32,000 nt of DNA from Candidatus Hermodarchaeota archaeon (lineage in GTDB: Archaea; Asgardarchaeota; Heimdallarchaeia; Hodarchaeales; Hodarchaeaceae). The notes beneath the pieces were generated by a model, which searched no databases, was not told where the DNA came from, and worked only from the letters and a program-made list of their open reading frames with translations. Positions 1 through 7,673 of this stretch are shown one piece after another; within the stretch, counting starts at the first letter, position 1, and each line of letters opens with the position of its first letter. The stretch lies in the NCBI GenBank assembly GCA_048886185.1, contig JBHLKY010000004.1:1-32000 (forward strand), written 5' to 3'. A program made the position numbers and the translations under genes.

Positions 1-2424
1 GATACTCTAGTTATCAGAGAGGGGAAGGAGACACGTGTGGATGTACGAGATCTTGTTCCTGGAGATATATTATTGATGTACGAGGGGGAAACTATTGCTG
101 CAGATGGACGAATTTTTGAAGTTAGTCGTCTTAGAGTAGAAGAAGGTCTTCTAACAGGTGAATCTGTACCTGTTGACAAAATAGTGGATCCAATTATGGA
201 TGAAAGAATTCCTATTGCGGATAGAAGGAATACTGCCTTTATGGGTACTACCACAGTGAAAGGAAGAGGGAAAGCTATTGTAGTTAATACTGGTATGAAA
301 ACTGAAATGGGGAAAATTGCTCAATCGACAATTGAAGCTGAAGAACAAGAAACCCCTTTGCAGATTCAATTATCACGATTGGGAAAAGCTCTTGGCGTTA
401 TTGTGTTACTCGTTGTTATTATTGTTTTAATTGCTCAATTAAGTAGAATTGAAGAGAATTTAATAGAAGTAGTTGAAACAGCTATTGCGTTGGCCGTTTC
501 GGCTGTTCCTGAGGGATTAGCTGCAGCTATTACTCTAACACTCGCTATTGGAGTACAACGTATGGCTCGAAAGAAAGCTATAATCAGAAAATTACCTGCA
601 GTTGAAACTTTAGGTTCTGTAGAGGTTATATGTACTGATAAGACGGGTACGCTGACTCAAAACAAAATGACTGTTCAACGTATTTGGACACATTCATTAG
701 GATTTATTGAAGTGACGGGTAGTGGATATTTACCACGTGGTACCTTCATTCAAATGGAAAAGAAATCTCGTCTAGATGTTAAAGATCATAAAGACCTTTA
801 TCAATCTTTAAAAGCTGGAGCGTTATGTAATACTTCTTCTATTAAGTATTCTTCCACGACTAATGAATGGACCTGTGAAGGAGATCCGACTGAAGGTGCA
901 CTTATTGTTAGCGCCATGAAAGCTGCTCTAATGAATCGATGGGAGGAAGGATATGAATTGAAAAAAGATGGCGAAATTTTCTTTGATAGTGATCGTAAGC
1001 GTATGACAATGGTTTATAGCCGAAAACGACCAAATCTAGAAGAAACTTGGGCATTTATGAAAGGATCCCCTCTAATTGTGTTAAACCATTGTTCTCATAT
1101 CCTACAAGGAGATACTGTTGTTCCACTAGATGATAAAATGCGTGAAGAGATAAATGAAGCAAACAAAGCGTTAGGGGATCGAGCTTTTCGGGTGTTAGGA
1201 TTAGCTCAAAGAAACCTACTAAATGATTTGACAAATTTTACAGAAGACATTGTCGAAACGAACATGACATTTACAGGATTAGTGGGTATGATTGATCCTC
1301 CGAGGTTGGAAGTCGAACAAGCTATTGCAAAATGTAAAGATGCTGGTATTAGAATTATAATGATTACTGGAGATCAGTTGGCGACTGCACTAGCCATTGC
1401 TAAATCTTTAGATTTAAAACCTTATGAGGATGCCTTTTATTTAGCTCATACTTCTTCAGAACTTGAAGCGATGAATGATAACGAATTCATTGAAGTTTTA
1501 AAAGATCTAGATGTATGTGCACGTGCTTCACCAAGTATTAAGCGACGAATTGTAGAAACACTTCAAGATGAGTTTGGTTTAGTTGTTGCCATGACTGGAG
1601 ATGGAGTGAATGACGCTCCCGCATTGAAAAAGGCAGATATCGGCGTTGCTATGGGGATAACTGGGACAGATGTAGCACGTGAGGCAAGCGACATGGTACT
1701 CATGGATGATAATTTTGCGACAATTGTGTCCGCGGTTGAAGAAGGACGAACCATTTACGATAATATGAAGAAATTCATTCGATATTTATTAAGTTCAAAT
1801 TTTGATGAAATCCTAGTTGTCTTTACTGCTACTGTACTATTAGGATTACCCTCTCCCTACTTGGCTTTGGGCATTTTATGGATCAACCTGCTAACTGATG
1901 GTCTTCCAGCTCTTGCACTCTCAGTAGATCCTGGAGATCCAGAGGTCATGAAACGAAAACCCAGAGGACGAAAAAGTAATATGTTTAGTGAGATTCTAAT
2001 CTTTTCATTAGCAGCAGGGATTATTTCTTTTGCAGCAACCATGGTGCTCTTTTTACAATTCGATCCCCTTGCTTTAGAAAATCCTGAAACACTGGCACTC
2101 GCTAGAACTATAGCTTTAACTGTTTCAGTGGTTTTTGAATTATTCCAAGTTTTTGTGTCGCGGGCACCAGATGGAAAGAGTGTGTTCTTGACCAATGCAT
2201 TTAATAATATTTATCTGCTATCAGCTGTGTTCTCTGCCTTTATCCTTCATCTTTTCATAGTATATGTTGGCCCATTAGCCCAAATATTTGGATTTGTTGC
2301 ATTGACATTTGAACATTGGTTCGTTATCTTTGGTATCGTTATTATTGGTGTGGTTATTTTAGATCTTGTAAAACTAGCTCAAGTAAAGGTTGCTGAAAGA
2401 TCACAAACCAATACTGTTATGTAG
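1..2424 (+). CDS. P-type ATPase, type IIA (SERCA-like Ca2+ pump), 5'-truncated by the window edge
   Basis: Frame is open from base 1 (DTLVIREGKETRVDVRDLVPGD). Motifs: TGES, DKTGTLT phosphorylation site, MITGD, GDGVNDAPALKKADIG. Ca-site residues: PEGL (M4), SSNFDE (M5), NLLTD (M6), FELF (M8). Confidence 0.95.
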   Translation, partial: DTLVIREGKETRVDVRDLVPGDILLMYEGETIAADGRIFEVSRLRVEEGLLTGESVPVDKIVDPIMDERIPIADRRNTAFMGTTTVKGRGKAIVVNTGMKTEMGKIAQSTIEAEEQETPLQIQLSRLGKALGVIVLLVVIIVLIAQLSRIEENLIEVVETAIALAVSAVPEGLAAAITLTLAIGVQRMARKKAIIRKLPAVETLGSVEVICTDKTGTLTQNKMTVQRIWTHSLGFIEVTGSGYLPRGTFIQMEKKSRLDVKDHKDLYQSLKAGALCNTSSIKYSSTTNEWTCEGDPTEGALIVSAMKAALMNRWEEGYELKKDGEIFFDSDRKRMTMVYSRKRPNLEETWAFMKGSPLIVLNHCSHILQGDTVVPLDDKMREEINEANKALGDRAFRVLGLAQRNLLNDLTNFTEDIVETNMTFTGLVGMIDPPRLEVEQAIAKCKDAGIRIIMITGDQLATALAIAKSLDLKPYEDAFYLAHTSSELEAMNDNEFIEVLKDLDVCARASPSIKRRIVETLQDEFGLVVAMTGDGVNDAPALKKADIGVAMGITGTDVAREASDMVLMDDNFATIVSAVEEGRTIYDNMKKFIRYLLSSNFDEILVVFTATVLLGLPSPYLALGILWINLLTDGLPALALSVDPGDPEVMKRKPRGRKSNMFSEILIFSLAAGIISFAATMVLFLQFDPLALENPETLALARTIALTVSVVFELFQVFVSRAPDGKSVFLTNAFNNIYLLSAVFSAFILHLFIVYVGPLAQIFGFVALTFEHWFVIFGIVIIGVVILDLVKLAQVKVAERSQTNTVM

Positions 2425-2443
2425 AAAAGTAGTCTACTTCACA

Positions 2444-3661
2444 TCAAAAAGCTAGAATTCCACGTAAGAAAATAACAAAAACAAATACTTGAGCAATTGT
2501 GATAGTAAAACCCTCATAAATGTCTAATCGTCTGTCATCAGTCATAGATGACTTGATGAGAAATAATAGCAGCCACGCAAACCCAAATTGCACTAAAAGG
2601 AATGGGATAGGTGCTCCTCCCTCAATTTCATGAACAAGTGGAATGCCTCTCGGATCATTGCCACTTATTCCTATTAAAGATGCAATAAATGAGAAAAGAG
2701 AGACCAATCCTGTCATCAACAGAAGATTTTGCATACTTCCCGCTATAAGGTTACCTAATCCTAATTCGATACCTCCTTCATGTCGAACTGCGAGTAGAGC
2801 AATAGCATGTTCAGGGATAGATGCAGCAGCTCCAATGAAAAAAGCCAATTGAAATTCATTAAGAGTAATTCCAATTTCGTGAGATTGTTCAAGGAAGAGC
2901 TCAACTGACGAGGAGATCATTTCACCTGCAAAAAAGATCATAGCAAAAGCTAATACTAATATACTAATTAAGAAAGTTCGACTAATCGTTAGTTCATGAG
3001 CAATAAATTCTCCATTTTGTTGTTGATTTGAAACAGTTTTGACTTTCTTCTGAAGATTGTGTCTTATAATAAAGAATAAATAAAAAAGGTAGACAACAAC
3101 CATTATGATATTGGCCTCATAGGGTAAGAAAGGTATTGTATGTTCACCCAGAGGACTTGTTGCTATCTCAAAAACTTCGAGAGCAAAAAGTACAATTCCC
3201 AGAACAAAGATAGATCCAACAATTACAATTGCTACCCTAACAATAGGAACCTCAATCTCTACAACTTCTTCAGGAATTAGTATTGGTGCTTTCCTCTTAA
3301 AATTACCAATAATAATTAAAAAACCTAGCATAAGAATATTAAATCCAATTGCAATAATAATGAAGGCAATTGCGAACTCTACTTTCCCACTTAAAATAGC
3401 AAAAGCGCCAATTGCTAATTCTGGGGAATTACTGGCTAGAGAGGACAATACACCTGAGACATACGGAGTTAACCCAAGTTTTTTACCAAGTAGTTCTATT
3501 CCTCCCACTGCTTTTTCGGAGGCAAGGATGGCTATTGCTAAGCCAATTGCCATGAATAAAATGAGTAGAAGAGGATTAAGAGTTTCTCTAAAAATCAAAA
3601 AGCCAACAACAAGGAGTGTAGATATAGTGAAAATAATTCTATCTCGATTTGTGAATTGCAT
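2444..3661 (-). CDS. Ca2+/cation antiporter (CaCA superfamily)
   Basis: About 10-11 hydrophobic segments and two alpha-repeat-like motifs, SSLASNSPELAIG and GAAASIPEHAIA, followed by GNLIAGSMQNLLL. Confidence 0.85.
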   Translation of the reverse strand: MQFTNRDRIIFTISTLLVVGFLIFRETLNPLLLILFMAIGLAIAILASEKAVGGIELLGKKLGLTPYVSGVLSSLASNSPELAIGAFAILSGKVEFAIAFIIIAIGFNILMLGFLIIIGNFKRKAPILIPEEVVEIEVPIVRVAIVIVGSIFVLGIVLFALEVFEIATSPLGEHTIPFLPYEANIIMVVVYLFYLFFIIRHNLQKKVKTVSNQQQNGEFIAHELTISRTFLISILVLAFAMIFFAGEMISSSVELFLEQSHEIGITLNEFQLAFFIGAAASIPEHAIALLAVRHEGGIELGLGNLIAGSMQNLLLMTGLVSLFSFIASLIGISGNDPRGIPLVHEIEGGAPIPFLLVQFGFAWLLLFLIKSSMTDDRRLDIYEGFTITIAQVFVFVIFLRGILAF

Positions 3662-3711
3662 ATATTCACCTATTTAGTCTATCACTGATTAAATTAAGTA
3701 ATATTTAAATC

Positions 3712-3903
3712 CTAAACATTTTGGTTCGGAATTAATATAAGAATAAAATAATTATTACAATCGATCAACTGTATTCTTTTGGGTAGATAGCATGATAACA
3801 TTGGAGAATCTGAATCACAAAAATTCCTAATATTAGCTGATATTAAAATCCTTTTCTTTATGCCCTTGGTTATAGAGTTGATATTGGAGATTTTTTCAAC
3901 CAT
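3712..3903 (-). CDS. Possible small hypothetical protein (63 aa)
   Basis: ATG preceded by AGGAG at 5 nt spacing, in an otherwise empty intergenic region. No recognisable motif. Confidence 0.3.
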   Translation of the reverse strand: MVEKISNINSITKGIKKRILISANIRNFCDSDSPMLSCYLPKRIQLIDCNNYFILILIPNQNV

Positions 3904-4144
3904 TAATTCTCCTAAAATTTATTTCCCAAAATATTCAATTTCCCCTTCGGCCGCAGAATTCAAGAAAAGTCGTAGAAGGTATGTATTATGAAAGTGGTAG
4001 AAAACCTTGTTTTTTAGATGAGAGACCCAGCAGAGATAAAGTCGTTTTACTTCATGTTATCGGAAGTACATGTACAATAGCATTTTCACGTTTGCTAATG
4101 AATAGTCTAGTAACACGACATCGGTCATATTTTTAATTTAGAAG

Positions 4145-4225
4145 GTAAAACCTTTTAAACTGATGAAAGAGAGACTAACCTAGACTTTCAACACAGCATA
4201 ATGTGTAGAAATGTAGAAAAGGTGA
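4145..4225 (+). promoter_or_regulatory. Putative BRE/TATA promoter and SD site of the histone gene
   Basis: Purine run followed by CCTTTTAAAC at about 4147-4160. GGTGA at 4221-4225 lies 7 nt before the ATG at 4233. Confidence 0.45.
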
Positions 4226-4232
4226 AAAAAAC

Positions 4233-4661
4233 ATGGCTACTTTTGCAAAAGCACGAATTGAAGCTATAATGAAATCTGCAGGTGCAGAACGAATATCAGC
4301 GAAAGCAATAGGACGTATGGATGAATTATGTGCTGAGTTTGGTGGAAAAGCGAGTAAGACTGCAATTAACCTCGCTAACACCGCAGGTAGAAAAACAGTA
4401 CAAGCTGACGATATTAAGCTAGCAGTGTCAAAGATAGGTGCTCCTAAGATGTCCCCAACAGGGCCAAAGTCTCGAGCATTTGCTAAAGCACGTGTCGAAC
4501 GAGTGATCCGAGATTCCGGAGCGTCAAGAGTTTCTGCCGACGCTGTAGATTACCTAAACAAACAACTCGAGGCCTATTGTTACACTCTAGCAAAGGGCGC
4601 AATTGACATAGCAAGACACGCCAAGCGAAAGACACTCAAAGATACCGATATTATGCCCTAA
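4233..4661 (+). CDS. Tandem (doublet) archaeal histone-fold protein
   Basis: Two HMf-like folds, FAKARIEAIMK-AERIS...RKTVQADDI and FAKARVERVIR-ASRVS...RHAKRKTLKDTDI, joined by a Pro/Lys/Ser-rich linker. Confidence 0.93.
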   Translation: MATFAKARIEAIMKSAGAERISAKAIGRMDELCAEFGGKASKTAINLANTAGRKTVQADDIKLAVSKIGAPKMSPTGPKSRAFAKARVERVIRDSGASRVSADAVDYLNKQLEAYCYTLAKGAIDIARHAKRKTLKDTDIMP

Positions 4662-4694
4662 GTAATTCCAGACTCTCAATCCGCTAATCCTATA

Positions 4695-4728
4695 AAGGGA
4701 GCTTTTATCACCACTCCCTTCTTTTTCT
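4695..4728 (+). terminator. Hairpin plus T-tract terminator after the histone gene
   Basis: AAGGGAG (4695-4701) pairs with CTCCCTT (4714-4720) around a 12-nt loop, followed by CTTTTTCT. Confidence 0.55.
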
Positions 4729-4767
4729 CACAACTTAAATAGAGGGGAATGGATGGCATATTAGAAA

Positions 4768-6744
4768 ATGAGAAGTCAAACTAGTTCAAAAAGGAAAATT
4801 CTTGGTCAATATTATACTCCAGATTATATAGTAGAGTTCATGGTTTATCACACCATTGCGTACCTTCATAAGAAAACAAATTATAATAATGCTAATTTAC
4901 TAAAGGTTCTTGATCCTGCTTGTGGAGCGGGGATTTTTCTTGTACAAGCCCTTAAATTTTTCTTATCACATTATTCGGCTAGTAAAAGCAATTCCCTAAG
5001 TGAAGAAGTCAGAAAATCAATTATTGCTGATCAACTGTATGGGATCGATATTGATGACTATCAAATTGCAAAGACTCTAAAAAGCCTTAATTGCCTTAAT
5101 TTTAATGCTAATTTTAAAGTTTTTAATGCACTTCTTCCACCCCCATCATTTAATCACTCAATTGACTCTAAAATGCTAAAAAAATTACGTCTTCATTATA
5201 AAGAGATCTACAAAAGTACAAATGATATTTCCTCCTTTAAAGAAGTACAGAAAAGGATTTTTGAGATAGAGAAGCGTGTTAAAAAAACTTTAACAGCGAA
5301 ATTAATAGAACTATTTCAGATTCCTTCGAATAATATAGATCCAATGCCATGGGAAACTGTTTTCCCAGAGACTGATGGGAAATTTGATGTTATTCTCGGA
5401 AATCCTCCATGGGGAGCAGAACTTTTTTCCTCAAACTTATTAAATTGCTACAGGGTTGGAACACAACAAGTCGACTCATGGAGTCTATTTTTAGAAAAAA
5501 GTTTGATGGCTTTAAAAGAGGGTGGCCGTTTAGGTTTTGTCATTCCGAATACACTTCTTCTAAATGAGAATTATACAGATACAAGAAAATTCATTTTAGA
5601 AGTATGTAAAATCATAAAAATAATAAATTTGGGAGAAAATGTTTTTTCGAAAATAACTCAGCCTTGCATGATATTAATTGTTGAAAAACAATCTTCAATC
5701 TTCGATCATAAAGTTGAGGTGATCCGTTTTATCCCCGCTAAAGCAAAAGAACTCCTTAAGAAAGGCCAGAGAAAAATATCTTCCCTCTATACAATTCCCT
5801 GTAATCAAGGTAGATTTCTAGAGAATCTTGATTATCAATTAGACATCTTTTCAATTGGATTTGAAAAATTTAAGGAATTAATAGAGAAAGATGTTTTTTC
5901 CAGCAAAATTGAAGTTCTCCCTTTAAGAGATCTCGTAGATAATGCCAGAGGAGTAGAACTGAATAAAAATGGGAAAATTGTACAATGCTCATCTTGTGGT
6001 TGGTGGTCTTCCCCTCCCAGTCTTCTCAATACTGATGGTATTAAAGCTAAGGATTGTAGCAATCCTGAATGTCATGAAAAAGTAACTGAAAATGATACAA
6101 CTGATTTTATTGTATTTGATACCCCTCAAAGAATTGGTAGGGATCAACCTTTCTTAGTGGGGCATCAAATCCAGCGGTATTGTATTAAGGGCCAGAAATA
6201 TATTGATCCTACTCGTGTTGGTATAAACTATAAGGATTCAGACCTTTATCATAAACCAAAGCTTCTTCTTAGAAAAACTGGTCAAGGAATCAATACTGCT
6301 GTAGATTATGACAATCGTTGGGTTAATCAAGTTGTTTATCTCTTCAAATTAAAGAAAAATACCTTAATTACATTAGAATATCTAATGGGAGTATTAAATT
6401 CTAAATTAATTCACAAGTACTATTTTATGGAATTTGCAGATCCTTATCGGCAAGATTTTCCTCATTTCACCCAAAAGAAGTTCTTAAGTCTTCCTATTAA
6501 AGTACCAATCACTGATGAAGAATTCAACTTAGTCAAACGGGTCGAAAAAAGGGCTAAAATTCTTCAATCCCAATATCAAAGGAAATATTCTCTGGTACAA
6601 GAATTTAAGAAAGAAAATATGAACTTGGATCAATTAAATTTAAATATCCGAGAATTAGAGAAAGAAATTGACATTTTAGTCCTCAATCTTTATGGAATTA
6701 CTCCTGATTTGGTAAGGGAAGTTTTTCCTGAACTTAATCTTTAA
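4768..6744 (+). CDS. N6-adenine DNA methyltransferase, TaqI/Eco57I-like (gamma class), with no nuclease domain
   Basis: GQYYTP motif X, VLDPACGAGIFL motif I, NPPW motif IV, and a TaqI_C-like region (KLLLRKTG...YLMGVLNSKL). The protein starts directly at the methylase core. Confidence 0.88.
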   Translation: MRSQTSSKRKILGQYYTPDYIVEFMVYHTIAYLHKKTNYNNANLLKVLDPACGAGIFLVQALKFFLSHYSASKSNSLSEEVRKSIIADQLYGIDIDDYQIAKTLKSLNCLNFNANFKVFNALLPPPSFNHSIDSKMLKKLRLHYKEIYKSTNDISSFKEVQKRIFEIEKRVKKTLTAKLIELFQIPSNNIDPMPWETVFPETDGKFDVILGNPPWGAELFSSNLLNCYRVGTQQVDSWSLFLEKSLMALKEGGRLGFVIPNTLLLNENYTDTRKFILEVCKIIKIINLGENVFSKITQPCMILIVEKQSSIFDHKVEVIRFIPAKAKELLKKGQRKISSLYTIPCNQGRFLENLDYQLDIFSIGFEKFKELIEKDVFSSKIEVLPLRDLVDNARGVELNKNGKIVQCSSCGWWSSPPSLLNTDGIKAKDCSNPECHEKVTENDTTDFIVFDTPQRIGRDQPFLVGHQIQRYCIKGQKYIDPTRVGINYKDSDLYHKPKLLLRKTGQGINTAVDYDNRWVNQVVYLFKLKKNTLITLEYLMGVLNSKLIHKYYFMEFADPYRQDFPHFTQKKFLSLPIKVPITDEEFNLVKRVEKRAKILQSQYQRKYSLVQEFKKENMNLDQLNLNIRELEKEIDILVLNLYGITPDLVREVFPELNL

Positions 6745-6755
6745 GGAGATAAATT

Positions 6756-7427
6756 TTGATAAAATGGTGGTTTAATATGGAATCATCTCAAAACGATAAC
6801 CAGTCCTCCCCTTCATATTACTATGAAACAAGCGATCTAGTCATCATAGCACTTTTTGCCGCTTTAGGAGGAGTATTAAGTAGTGTTATAGCAAATATCG
6901 CTAATATATTTAATATAATAGTAGCTGGAGGAGGACAGCTTTTTGCTGGGTTGCACGTTTTTTGGTTTGTCCTTGTTTTTCTATTCACTAAAAGGAAGAA
7001 GGGGACGGTTATATTAACCGGAATTATAAAGGGTTTTATTGAGCTCTTCACGGGCAATCCCCTTGGAGTGGTTGCCGTTATAATCTCAGTTGGAGAAGCA
7101 TCCGTGTTTGAAATCATATATCTATCACTTTCAGCCTTAATTTCCTCTCAGAAATTTGATCACATTAAGATAGTTGTTGCAGCAGGATTAGGAACGGCCA
7201 CAAATATGATTATACTAATTGGTATACTTTTAGGTAAAGGACTTCCTTTTCAATTAATACTAATAATGACGTTTTTTAGTTTGATAAGTGGAATATTCTT
7301 AGGAGGGTATTTTGGGTTGATTTTATTCCAATTATTTCAACAATCAGGACTTCTTTCTTGGAGAAAAGAAACAATTGAATCTGAGGATTCTTCTTCGAGT
7401 CAGAAGCCATTAGAAAAACAATTTTGA
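6756..7427 (+). CDS. ECF transporter substrate-binding S component (YkoE/thiamine-precursor-like)
   Basis: About 6 TM helices, with a DLVIIALFAALGG start and a KRKKGTVILTGIIKGFIELFTG segment. TTG start 7 nt after AGGAG; an alternative ATG lies at 6777. Confidence 0.65.
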   Translation: MIKWWFNMESSQNDNQSSPSYYYETSDLVIIALFAALGGVLSSVIANIANIFNIIVAGGGQLFAGLHVFWFVLVFLFTKRKKGTVILTGIIKGFIELFTGNPLGVVAVIISVGEASVFEIIYLSLSALISSQKFDHIKIVVAAGLGTATNMIILIGILLGKGLPFQLILIMTFFSLISGIFLGGYFGLILFQLFQQSGLLSWRKETIESEDSSSSQKPLEKQF

Positions 7428-7506
7428 GAATATTTTCGCCGGACGATAACTTTTTATTAGTCTTTGCCTATTGTACTCATAGTTACTTGAGGTGATTTTT
7501 TTACAA

Positions 7507-7659
7507 ATGGGTGAAGTTCTTGGACCTTGTAAAAGATGTGGCAAATTAATGATGCGTCCCCATCCAACAGGCATTTGTATGGAATGTAGAAAAAAACTTT
7601 CTTTACGAGCGACTCCAGACATTCCTGATATTCCTGATCCACTTAAATATCACGAGTGA
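7507..7659 (+). CDS. 50-aa Cys4 zinc-finger microprotein (absent from the supplied ORF track)
   Basis: Manual translation: MGEVLGPCKRCGKLMMRPHPTGICMECRKKLSLRATPDIPDIPDPLKYHE*. Two CxxC pairs. GAGGTGA SD at 7489-7495. Confidence 0.75.
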   Translation: MGEVLGPCKRCGKLMMRPHPTGICMECRKKLSLRATPDIPDIPDPLKYHE

Positions 7660-7673
7660 TATAAAAGGCATTT

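Noticed and set aside
3981-4136. 51-aa plus-strand ORF (MYYESGRKPC...) upstream of the histone
   Set aside because: The SD-like GAAGGT abuts the ATG with no spacer, there is no motif, and it ends next to the likely histone promoter.
4175-4381. 68-aa antisense ORF over the histone
   Set aside because: It is a shadow frame of a well-supported gene.
4768-6744. Complete type IIG restriction-modification, BREX or DISARM defence system
   Set aside because: There is no N-terminal nuclease domain and no neighbouring defence genes.
7410-7642. Minus-strand ORFs of 61 and 70 aa
   Set aside because: They are antisense shadows of the plus-strand zinc-finger ORF, which has an SD and coherent Cys motifs.
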